The notes under the pieces are model-generated. The model saw only the letters and a program-made list of their open reading frames with translations, was not told where the DNA came from and searched no databases. A DNA stretch of 63,651 bases, filler included, from Octopus bimaculoides (Eukaryota), in the NCBI RefSeq assembly GCF_001194135.2. It is 5 parts of 5 records of this genome, joined end to end, with 100 filler letters (N's around TTAATTAATTAA, not from the genome) between each part and the next. Parts side by side here need not be neighbours in the genome. Positions count along the whole stretch, not along the records: positions 32,335 to 54,486 come from NC_068982.1; 4 more parts are not named here. One strand, given 5' to 3'. Made by a program: the position numbers and the translations under genes. Of this stretch, positions 40,002 to 51,171 are shown piece by piece (position 1 is the first letter of the stretch; each line of letters starts with the position of its first letter).

Positions 40002-40390
40002 AGATAAAAAATCCAAGGCTGTGAGTAATTTTCAGGACATTTATAATGAAATAGTCTTACAGCTGTTTCTGAGATATTATGGATATCCCTTCATCAGAGA
40101 TGGTGTGGGAAAATATTTGAGTTCGAATTATTGTGGAAAAGATAGGGAATACAGAGGGAAATAAGTGAATGAAAGCAGAAATAAGATATATATTGTAGTT
40201 GCAGTTCCATTATTCGAGGAAAATGGTGTATAGAAGTGGTAAAAAAGTTTCCTGTACATGGTATGTAAGATCCAATAGCAGTCCATATTTAGTTATTTCA
40301 AAGCATGGAGCTGTGGAATCAGTGTTGGTCGTTTGAAAGGGTTTTGTGATGTGAATGAAAATTTGAGAATGTGTTGGTAGTATTTAGGGA
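39995..40390 (-). mobile_element. Penelope-like 3'-end/pLTR unit B
   Basis: Homologous to unit A; flanked by (TA)n on both sides. Confidence 0.65.
40054..40101 (-). ncRNA. Minimal type I hammerhead ribozyme
   Basis: tct CTGATGA a GGGATA-tccataa-TATCTC a GAAA CAGCTG TA aga; core intact, stem II closing pair A.A. Confidence 0.78.
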
Positions 40391-40402
40391 TAGATGGAGA
40401 GA

Positions 40403-40443
<41 letters not shown>

Positions 40444-40599
40444 CATACATATATACATATATACATGCATTTATATATATTATTAAACAATTAAAAAATT
40501 AAAAATTAAAGAATTAAGAAAAAGGAAGTCAAATAAAGTTGTTGGAGGTTACCAAAAGGGTATTAGATTTATGTACTGTGTGGTGATTTAGGTTGCATT

Positions 40600-41111
40600 T
40601 AGATCTGTGGTAAAATTTGAAGATATGAAAAAGCGGTTATTACATGTACCTGAGGCTTCATTATACTTATTTAGCAGTAGTGAAGAGTTATGTTTTACTA
40701 AGTGAAATGCTTCTTACAGGCTGACTGTTGACTCTGGTATGGAATCCTTGAATCTATTGTGGACCATGCTAAGTTATAGGGAATATTCCTATTTTTAATA
40801 TGATGTTTGTGACTGGAGAGGTTTCTGGATTTATTGTGTTTCTCATATTTAAATGAATTGAAATGTGGGGCGTATCTCTGTTTAAATTTTATAGTTGACC
40901 CTATATATATGGTTGTAGAGTTGTGTAGCACGCTGAGGATGGTGCATTTGTAAATTACATTAGACCTTCTGCTATGGGTTTGTAGAAGGCAAGTGGTCCC
41001 CAGGGCGGAATTTACATGCTAGTGCATTGTGGGGATTATTCTCTGGAATGGAGGAAGTAATACTGTGTAGGGAGAGGTTAGATTTGGGGGTAGATTGGTC
41101 TATGTAATTAA

Positions 41112-41204
<93 letters not shown>

Positions 41205-42650
41205 CATCATTATTATTATTATTTTTATCGTTGTTATTATTTATCCTATCTGTATTTGTAGTGGAGGTCAGGGTGCTATTATTCTGGTTAGTGTTAGTAG
41301 GATTGGTAGGGTTTTCATTATGGTCTAAAGTATAGGGTTCAGTGGTGGAGCTATGTATGTGTTGGGTGCTTGTGTGTTCAGAGTTGTTTCAGTGTATATT
41401 TTGATAATAAAGAGAAAGTTTTCATCTATTAGATGCTGTTACAATTGACTCAAAGAATAGAGCATCCACCACATGTTTTTGGTTGCTTAGGGGTAGTATA
41501 ATCTATATTTTTAGAGATGGGTTATAGGGCCCATTATTGTTAGCTGATTTAGCTTTTGTCCTAGTGTTATATGTGTGCATGTGGAGTTTAAGTTGTCTTA
41601 ATCTGTTTTCTTCCAGGGTTCTAGTATAGTGCACATATGGTCTGTTATGATTATGATGGTTAGCATGTCATGGTGATATGTCTTGAGATATATGTTGCTT
41701 GAGCCTAGTATTAGGGATGTATTTTATTTGTTGAGAGAAGACACTGGCAGTGAGTGTTTGGTTGTCATATGGGGCATGGTTATTGAATATTTTTTCAGTG
41801 GCTGAGAGGTCAGATATATGAATCAAAATACCATTAGTATATTATCGGAGGTGGACTTGTGGTGATTGGAATTCATGTTTAAGTACTTAAGGTACAGGTT
41901 AGGTTAATAATATGGGGAATATTGGGAGGTCTGTAAGCTTAAAATAACATCTAAAAAAATTAACGGTTTTAAGGGAATTTTCAAAAGTAATGGATAGATT
42001 GAGGTTAGAGAAGAATTTGTGTAGATCTTTCCTAAGTCATTGTAATGAGGATTTATTAACACCCTTGGTGACTAGCAAAGTGTTATCTCTATACAGACCT
42101 CCCTTGATATCAGGGAAGTGTGCTCAGAGCTGATGGAGTAAGTAAAGTCCAACGGGGTCTGTGACTTGGGCAGAGTCTGATGATCACATAGTGATGTCAA
42201 AGAATTTGCTATAATTATTGTTAGTGTTATAGCGTTTGGCTCAGTGCCAGAATTTGTCTTTGAAAGAAATGAGAGTTTTCCAGGCATTGAGAATTATGTT
42301 AATTTCTAGTAGGGTTAGGCTAGTTAGATTCCTGGCTAGAAAGAGGACCTGATTTAGAAGTTTGGAGGAAATAGATGAATAGTAATTATTTATATTGAAT
42401 TGTAGGAATAAAGAAGAGTTTTTGTTGTACAAGAAATGAAACCATGTTACAACTTCACCTGTACAGGACCATAGGTCGATGTTTAATTTCTCTTTGACAA
42501 TTGAAGTTATTTTATCCAGAATGTTCTTGCTTATTCTTCTCAGGTCAGATTTGATGGGGCATATGGAGTGTATAAATGGTTTTGTTGTGAAGTCCTTCTT
42601 ATGATCATTAAGGTTGAAGTGTGGGCCTATATAACAGTACATATACACAT
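40600..42650 (-). pseudogene. Penelope-like element ORF relic (RT plus GIY-YIG), Nematis-type
   Basis: LNDHKKDFTTKPFIHSICPIKSDLRRISKNILDKI; FLQFNINNYYSSISSKLL; GGLYRDN; VNFLDV; GIY-YIG YIGSTIKFKQRY..HFNSFKYEKH..LS.H...IKNRNIPYNLAWS. Interrupted by (ATT)n at 41112-41225. Clade name is from recall. Confidence 0.88.
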
Positions 42651-42884
42651 TTAGATATATATATATATATATATATATATCTATAAAGGGGTTTGTATGA
42701 TTGTGTATAGAGGAATATATTATTCAAAGGAATTCCTACTCTATATGCTTTTTATGTTTTTTTATGTTTAATATATATTCTATAATATTAATGTAGGATA
42801 TAGAATATATAGTATATATAGTAAAATGAAATGAAGTATTGGCTGTCTTATTGAATAAATGAAATATTGAATATCAGATATTAA

Positions 42885-42928
42885 AGGACTAGTATACTTT
42901 CTTGCATTTAAGAAGTCATCAAGGTCCC
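42885..42928 (-). ncRNA. Hammerhead-like motif with 8-nt core, degenerate stem II
   Basis: gggac CTTGATGA cttcttaaatgcaa GAAA GTATAC TA gtcct. Confidence 0.5.
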
Positions 42929-43149
42929 ACGTTGTGACAGGAATGTTTCAACTGTAGTTAACTGGTTGTCTTTTGTCCTTTATATATGTTCCTGTGGACA
43001 GCAGTAGTAGTTGTTTGGCTATTTCTAGAGATGATGCCAAGCCATTTTTCAATGTCTATTTTTAGAAATGATGACAGCAGTACTTTTTAGAGATTTTTTT
43101 TTATAGGGATAATATTTTTAAACCCCAAATAAGATTAATTTAATCATTG

Positions 43150-43560
43150 TTTGTTAAGCTTGGGTTTGAATTTCTTAATAAAGTTCTTTTCTCTCAATTT
43201 CATTCAGGTTGTAAAGCTTATGAAATGGAAATATCATAAAAGTTTTCCGACCACATGTTGCCAGATGGTTACTCAGCGGTATTTGGTGGACTTCTGGATT
43301 TTTAATTTGTTGTCGATGCACACGTGAACGTTCTGATAGTGCATTGCCTGTCTGGCCAACATACAGTTCTTCACAATTTGGGCATTTGATGCAGTAGATT
43401 AAATTTCTGCTTTGCCGTTCATGTTCACGTCTGTGAATATTTTCCCTGTTTTTGTGCTCATACATGGGCAGGCATGTACCGTATCAGCTATCATTACATT
43501 TAGACAAAGTGAATGGTTAATCTTTGTTGCTAAGGTCAAACCTTGCTTTGTTAAAAACTT
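43150..43560 (-). pseudogene. Second Penelope-like lineage, GIY-YIG endonuclease fragment (Neptune-like)
   Basis: NLIYCIKCPNCEELYVGQTGNALSERSRVHRQQIKNPEVHQIPLSNHLATCGRKTFMIFPFHKL. Confidence 0.85.
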
Positions 43561-43599
43561 TTTCAAGCTTTTAGGCTGTCTCTTACTCACACCATTATC

Positions 43600-43938
43600 C
43601 ACACACCTACACATGCACACATGCACACATCAAGGTCACTAGCCCTCTTCCACACGTACATCATGCTCTCTTATATACACACACACGCACCTTATTTTGG
43701 TATCACCACTACTTTATTATCTCCCCTTCTTCCTAGCTCTCCTGTGTGACCCCTCTGTCTGGCATTCACCATGATAGATCAGTAGCCACTACACATTCTT
43801 TATTTTCTCTCCCTGTTTCTTTCTGTGGAAGAGTGTAGGGTCGAAATGTTAAAGACTTTTTCACTTCCCGAACGTTAAACTAATACATCTGTTTGTTGTC
43901 TACACCACGTGTTTTTGTCTTTTTTTTTTTAATTCTCC

Positions 43939-43945
<7 letters not shown>
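43600..43945 (+). mobile_element. Penelope-type pLTR fragment
   Basis: Pyrimidine-rich tract followed by a hammerhead-like motif, ending in (TA)n. Confidence 0.55.
43818..43855 (+). ncRNA. Degenerate minimal hammerhead ribozyme
   Basis: tcttt CTGTGGA agagtgtagggtc GAAA TG TT aaaga; A6 replaced by T, stem III CpG-decayed. Confidence 0.5.
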
Positions 43946-44012
<67 letters not shown>

Positions 44013-44015
<3 letters not shown>

Positions 44016-45566
44016 GAGTTATGGAATGGAGTATGGGGAATCTGGGCTACATATGTTTCATAGTGAGTGGAACCTCAGAAGTGGTAAGATCCAAGTGATG
44101 AGTATACCACTGACTACTCTGCAGGCCAAGGATATCTTGATTAGATTAAAAGCTACATTGTCACAAGGAGGTACATGTTGACAAAGAGAGGACTCAATCA
44201 GAATGTATGGAAAGCACAGTGTGTGAGGGGTATATAAATGAGGGGAGAAATAATAAAAGAAGGGAAGAAAAAAGAGAAAAATAAATAAATAAAATAAAAT
44301 AAAATGAAATATGGGGGAGTGAGAGAAAGGAGGAATTGGACAAGTTAGTGGTAGATAATATATAGCTTAATTATAATATATATATATATATAATAATATA
44401 TATATATATAATAATATATATATATATAATAATATATATATATATAATAATATATATATATATAATAATATATATATATATAATAATATATATATATATA
44501 ATAATATATATATATATAATAATATATATATATATAATAATATATATATATATATAATAATATATATATATATATAATAATATAGTTTAATTACAGAACT
44601 CAGTAAAGGCATTAGCATTTGAAGAGAAGAGAAATTGAAGGGGAGAGGATTGGGAAATATTTTGGTTGTGGGGGGAAAAAGAAAGTATGTATGAATAAAG
44701 CAAGGTAAGGTGGGGAGTTTAAGAGTCGCTAGTGGTTATGGTCACAATATTTTAGGTAGTAAGTAAAAATACAGATAGAAAATTGTAATTGATGATAGCC
44801 CTCATATATTCTTTCTCCCACTCATCCACCCTCACTACCACAGCATATTAAACCAACGATTTCTCCCCCTTTTAAGTCCTTAATCGTCAATTACAATTTT
44901 CTATCCTTATTTCTACTAATATTCTTCTCTCCTTATATTTGTACTCTCTCTCCCCTCCTACCCCTCCACCTGTAAATGTACAAATACATAGGTCTTCATA
45001 CACCTTCACCACTTCATTCGTTTGGTATTTCTTTTTGTACCAATTTATGTCTTTTAACCATAATACCACTAACCACTCCTCACCTTACCTTGCTTTATTC
45101 ATACATACTTTCTTTTTTCCCCAAGCCCAAAAGCATTTTGCCACCCTCTTCTCTCCAATTTATTTTCCTTTCAAATGCCAATCCTACAATTGAATTCAGT
45201 GATTAAGCTAAAACTACTATATTATCTACCACCAACCCATCCAATTCCTCCTTTCTCTCACTCCCCTATATTGTATTATATTTATTTTTCTTTCTCTTCT
45301 TTCTTCCCTTCTATTACTTATTTTTCCTTTCATTTATATTCCCCTCACATACTAGTCTCTCCACACATTCTGATTGAATCATCTGTGTGTCAACATGTAC
45401 CTCCCTGTGACAAATATAGCCTTTAATCTAATCACAATATCCTTGGCCTGAAGAGTAGACAGTGGTATACACGTCACTTGGGTCTTGGGTCTTACCACTT
45501 CTGAGGTTCCACTCATTATGAAACATATGTAGCCTGGATTCCCCATACTCCATTCCATAACTCTTG
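44013..45566. mobile_element. 1.55-kb foldback element with long diverged inverted arms
   Basis: 44013-44742 is the reverse complement of about 45058-45566 (termini CAAGAGTTATGGAATGGAGTATGGGGAAT / ATTCCCCATACTCCATTCCATAACTCTTG); spacer about 315 bp; TA-rich array in the left arm only. Confidence 0.85.
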
Positions 45567-45886
45567 TATTCCTTTTCACACACTCGGCAATCCTGATTGC
45601 CTACTGAGGAATATAAAAGGAACTTTTTTTCAGCTCATCATTCTTCGATAAAAGTTAAAAAGTCACAACCTTCCATCTCAATTAACCACTATTGTTCCTG
45701 AATGTTGTATATATATTTATATTTTTAAAAAATAACGTTGACCACTAACGTGGACAATTAATGTGCTAGAAATAGATCACATCTTGTGTCTATTAAGACC
45801 TAAATTGTTCTCAACATGAAATATAGCAGTATACCAAAACGTGAGCGGGCAAGACATTTAAAATCACCTAAAAAAGCATTCTCAAA

Positions 45887-45943
45887 CAGGGACCGGTTTC
45901 GGATTTAACAAATCTTACCATTTGTCCATTCCTCTTCAGCCTG
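45887..45943 (-). ncRNA. Minimal type I hammerhead ribozyme, intact core
   Basis: cagg CTGAAGA gga-atg-gacaaat-ggtaag-atttgtt-aaa-tcc GAAA CCGG TC cctg: 4-bp stem I, extended stem II, palindromic stem III, GUC cleavage triplet. Confidence 0.85.
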
Positions 45944-46812
45944 ATTTGTAATGTAACCGCAATCATCAGAATCGTATACCAAGTTGCCCACTGCCATGGG
46001 TGCGCGTGCATATGGTTCTGCTAATTACAGCTTAATGGTAAAATTCAAAAGTCTTCGTTTTGGCGCGCTAATTCNNNNNNNNNNNNNNNNNNNNNNNNNN
46101 NNNNNNNNNNNNNNNNNNNNNNNNNNNNNNNNNNNNNNNNNNNNNNNNNNNNNNNNNNNNNNNNNNNNNNNNNNNNNNNNNNNNNNNNNNNNNNNNNNNN
46201 NNNNNNNNNNNNNNNNNNNNNNNNNNNNNNNNNNNNNNNNNNNNNNNNNNNNNNNNNNNNNNNNNNNNNNNNNNNNNNNNNNNNNNNNNNNNNNNNNNNN
46301 NNNNNNNNNNNNNNNNNNNNNNNNNNNNNNNNNNNNNNNNNNNNNNNNNNNNNNNNNNNNNNNNNNNNNNNNNNNNNNNNNNNNNNNNNNNNNNNNNNNN
46401 NNNNNNNNNNNNNNNNNNNNNNNNNNNNNNNNNNNNNNNNNNNNNNNNNNNNNNNNNNNNNNNNNNNNNNNNNNNNNNNNNNNNNNNNNNNNNNNNNNNN
46501 NNNNNNNNNNNNNNNNNNNNNNNNNNNNNNNNNNNNNNNNNNNNNNNNNNNNNNNNNNNNNNNNNNNNNNNNNNNNNNNNNNNNNNNNNNNNNNNNNNNN
46601 GTGGGATATAGAATATGGAATATATAATATATAATATAAAAATGGATGGTACAATGAAATGAAGTATTGAATGTCTTATTGAATATATGGAATATGTCTT
46701 ATTGAATATATGAAATATTGAGTGTAGGAAGTGAGAGTGAGTGTGATGCGCTCCTACTTCCTACTATAACTCTCCTCTTATAGATATAATAATCCATTCC
46801 TCTACTATTTCT

Positions 46813-46861
46813 GTCTCCGATGAAGGGATACATTGGATTTTCCCTGAAACAGCTGTAAGAC
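46813..46861 (+). ncRNA. Minimal type I hammerhead ribozyme (U4 to C variant)
   Basis: gtct CCGATGA AGGGA-tacattggattt-TCCCT GAAA CAGCTG TA agac. Confidence 0.75.
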
Positions 46862-46918
46862 TTTATCCATAAAATATATTTCTAACTTTGCCATTGTTCT
46901 CTTTATCCTTTTCTCTCT

Positions 46919-46953
<35 letters not shown>

Positions 46954-47109
46954 TTAGATATGTTTCGACCATGTCTAACTTAATGGCACCACCTGATAGG
47001 ATTATCTAAATCTTTTTAAGTCAAGTAATGTTTTTCTGCTATCAGCAGCATAATTTCAATACATTTCTCTGTATTAAACAACATTTTTGAATTCTGTGCA
47101 ATATCTATA

Positions 47110-47705
47110 AAATAAATTGGAAGGACATCTGGCCATATAAAATTTTCCTGAACAAATTCCATCTATCTCATGCAAACATGGAAAAATAGATATACTTTTA
47201 TGCTCTAGGCACAAGGTCTGAAATTTTGGGGATGGGGACCAGTCGATTAGCTTGACCCCAGTATGCAAGTGGTGCTTACTTTATCGACACCAAAATGATG
47301 AAAGGCAAAGTCGACCATGGTGGAATTTGAACTCAGAACGTAAAGACAGACAATGGAAAAGTAGATATTGAAATGATGATGATGACAACAATGAGGAGAA
47401 GAAAGAAGGAGAGGAGGAGGAGGAGGAAGAGGAGGAGAAGGAGAAGGGGAGAAAGGTGAAATAAAATAGAATCAATAAAACAAAACAAAATATTGGTTTC
47501 AAATTTTGGCACAAGGCCAGCAATTTGCAGGAAGGGGTAAGTCAATTACATCAACTCCAGTGCTCAACTGGTACTTATTTTATCGATCCTAAAAGGATGA
47601 AAAGCAAAGTCAACGCTGATAGAATCTGAACTTAGAATCAAAGGACAAACAAAATACCACTAAGTATTTTGCTCAGCAATTTAACAATTCTGCCAACTCA
47701 CCACC
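47110..47705. mobile_element. SINE cluster: family C tail (47110-47195, +) and two family A copies (47195-47350 and 47490-47705, -)
   Basis: Family A cores GATGAAAGGCAAAGTCGACC and AAAGGATGAAAAGCAAAGTC. Confidence 0.75.
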
Positions 47706-47742
47706 TAAAAATAAAACAAAATATTAACAAATGTTTCACTAT

Positions 47743-48505
47743 AAGCGTAGGAGTGGCTGTGTGGTAAGTAGCTCGCTTACCAACCACATGGTTCCAGGTT
47801 CAGTCCCACTGCGTGGCACCTTGGGCAAGTGTCTTCTACTATAGCCTTGTGAGTGGATTTAGTAGACGGAAACTGAAAGAAGCCCATCGTATATATATAT
47901 ATATATATATGCGAGTAAAAATAAATACAANNNNNNNNNNNNNNNNNNNNNNNNNNNNNNNNNNNNNNNNNNNNNNNNNNNNNNNNNNNNNNNNNNNNNN
48001 NNNNNNNNNNNNNNNNNNNNNNNNNNNNNNNNNNNNNNNNNNNNNNNNNNNNNNNNNNAATATAATATACAATATATAATATAAAATAAAATAAAAATGG
48101 ATGGCACCATGAAATAAAGTATTGAATGTAGATGAAATATTGAGTGTTCAATATAAAGGATCAAATATATAAATATATAAATATAAATATATATATATAT
48201 AAAGGCGACTCGAGTTTCAGGGCTATTTCCCTTCGTCATGGCCGGTATGACAGTCTTTAACATATATATATATATGTATGTGTGTGTATATGTTTGTGTG
48301 TCTGTGTTTGTCCCCCCAACATCGCTTGACAACCGATGCTGGTGTGTTTACATCCCTGTAACTTTGCGGTTCGGCTAAAGAGACCGATAGAATAAGTACT
48401 AGACTTACAAAGAATAAGTCCTGGGGTTGATTAGCTCGACTAAAAGGCGGTGCACCACCATGGTCACAGTCAAATGACTGAAACTAGTAAAAGAGTAAAA
48501 GAGTA
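47743..48505 (+). mobile_element. SINE family B, split at its internal microsatellite by a gap and a PLE-related insert
   Basis: 5' half at 47743-47910 and 3' half at about 48270-48505; AT-rich insert with a hammerhead motif in between. Confidence 0.8.
48204..48243 (-). ncRNA. Hammerhead-like motif with 8-nt core
   Basis: ggc CATGACGA AGGG-aaatag-CCCT GAAA CTCGAG TC gcc: all stems perfect, one extra nucleotide in the CUGANGA box. Confidence 0.72.
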
Positions 48506-48529
48506 CTTATTATTCGATATATTTTTCTA

Positions 48530-48784
48530 TTCCTTTATTCTTTTACTTGTTTCAGTCATTGGACTGTGACCATTCTGGAGCACTGCCTTGAAGTGTTTAC
48601 TCAGCCTAATGAAGCCTAGTATTAACTTATTTAAAGCTTGGTACTTATTTTATCAGTGTTTTTTTTTTTTTGAACCACAAGATTATTTAAATGTAAACAA
48701 GCCACACCAGTTGGGCAGTGGTATGAGACAAACACAGACACAAGCATGGATACAGCCACACACATATACATGCACACACTCACA

Positions 48785-48790
<6 letters not shown>
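48530..48790 (-). mobile_element. SINE family B, 3' half, old
   Basis: TTTTACTTGTTTCAGTCATTGGACTGTGACC...ACAAACACAGACAC. Confidence 0.7.
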
Positions 48791-48851
<61 letters not shown>

Positions 48852-49352
48852 ATACACACACATATGTGTATATATATATATAATGGCAGTTTCTTCATGT
48901 CTGAAGATAATGAGTAAGTGTGGCACACTCTCAAGTGACACACCCTCAAGTGACACATCCTCAAGTAGCTTTATTAACTTACCCTTGACACTGCAGGACA
49001 TTTCTTCTTATCTGCACTGAATAATGAGAGCCAGCCCCAGCATTCCAATCCCATTCTTTATGGGTGTGTACACAAATTTTCTCAACCAAATTCACTCATG
49101 AAGCAATGGTCAGGCCAGGGTTCCTCATTGTCACATGGTGGGACTAAACTTGAAACCATATGGTTGTGAAGCAAAATTCTTACCCAAACAAACATAACTA
49201 GACCTATTTGTTCATGGAAAAAAGTGTATATATATTGCTGTCTTCATTTTGGTGTTTCAAAAGTAATTATTATTTTATATACACCAGTATATAGAATGTG
49301 TATCTATGTGTTTATGTGTATGTCTATCTATATGCATATGTGTATCTATATG

Positions 49353-49396
<44 letters not shown>

Positions 49397-49920
49397 AGTA
49401 CCTCAGTGTGTTTTTTATTATTTAATGCTTGTTTATATGTGCTTATATAAATATATATTTAGACAGATCAATAAGAGTGTACATATCATACACAGGTTAT
49501 TTCAATAGCTGAGTGTTGATATAAATCAAGAATAGGTGATACATTTTTATTTGGAATAATTATGAATCATTAGATTGGAATGTAGAAAAATCTAAAAGAA
49601 AGTTAGATAAACCTGTTTAAAATAGCATGTAACAAAATGAAACAATAGCTCTTTATTCTGCCATTAAACAGGATATGTTTTCTTATGTCATGACAGAACT
49701 ATATGTCATACGTAAATTTGTGTGTATGTGGGTGGGGTTATATGTCTATATATTTATTATATAGTTGTGACAATGGCAATGTGGTGAAGAAGTTTACTTC
49801 ATAAACATGAGATCTCATGTTCAATCTCACTGCATTACACCTTGGGCAATAACCAAGTGTCTTCTACAAATATGTTGGGCCATTCAATGTTGTATAACTA
49901 GAATTCAAATATATAGAAAG

Positions 49921-50785
49921 TACAGTGAATTTATTGTCATCTAAATTATGCAAAAATGAAAATAACACTGACATCTCATTTTAACAGATATATTTATCAA
50001 AATTACATAAAAATATCTTGAAATGCCTTAGATTAAATTTATTAAATAAAATCACCATTAGCTTCAACCACAGCGTCCAGATGACTTCGGAATCTCCTAC
50101 AACTCTTCTGGGTGGCCTCCTTGTTTAAGTTGGTGAATGCTGCTATAATCCTTGCCTTCAGTTCCTCTTTGGTGTTACAAGGAGTTTTATTGGACTCTCA
50201 CTCAACTGCACTTCATATACAATAATCAAGGGAGTTGCAGTCTGGTGAGTTAGGTGGCCAGATGTTAGGAGTGATGTTGTTACAGAAATTGTCTGACAGT
50301 CAGGACTGGGTTTTCCTACTTGCATGGCAGGATGAAAACTCCTATTGCCAGACATAGGGTCTTCCAACAGCCACCCTCTTGACCCAGGGTAGCACTACCT
50401 CCTCCAGGCGCTTGATGTAACCCTCCATGTTGAGTCTGAAGTCATGCAGGAAGATGAATGGAGGCATAACGTTGCCATCACTAGTGATCACTCCAAACAC
50501 CATGTTGTTGACTGGCTGTTTGATTTTTATCACTCTCAGTACATGTCCTCAGATTGTCACCCAAACACTCTGAAATGTTTGTATTGGAACTTCCAGTGTG
50601 AATACCAAGCAGTACAGCACGTCGTTTCCAAATTTCTGGCTGAGTGAATTACGTCATGGTGCTGTTTTTTTCGCAGACGGTGCCCAACTGACCCTCCTAT
50701 ACTGAGTCAACAAAATCAAAAGTAAACAATGCACATGTGAAATTAAAACTATAAAATGGTGACAATTTACCCATCACACCCTGTA
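49921..50785 (-). pseudogene. Internally deleted maT (DD37D) Tc1/mariner element
   Basis: MVFGVITSDGNVMPPFIF..LNMEGYIKRLEEVVLPWVKRVAVGRPYVWQ; TPNIWPPNSPDCNSLDY; TPCNTKEELKARI; RFRSHLDAVVEANGDF. TIR-like ends TACAG..ATTGTCA (49921) and TGACAATTTACCCATCACACCCTGTA (to 50785). Confidence 0.85.
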
Positions 50786-50823
50786 CATACATATACATAC
50801 ATATATACATACATCACACACAT

Positions 50824-50867
<44 letters not shown>

Positions 50868-51171
50868 TTTTTAGGAAGTTAAATGTTACAGCTGGTCATA
50901 GGGTGATCATCAGTTTCACACCTATAAAGTGCTTAACAGTATAAGGTGACTAGTTAAACTCAAATGACCAACCTCTCTACAACTGGAGGAATAAATACAT
51001 CATGGTCAGTTAGTCTTGTAAACAAAAAGATATTTGTCTGGGCAGGGGTGTTGCAAGTGGTTTCAGCCATGGTGATATTCAAAGGAGCTGTGGTGAACCT
51101 ATTCAATGAATATTACTGTTTTAATGCTTTAGAGTGTTCTTACTTTTCAGATATATGACCTATGATGATAT

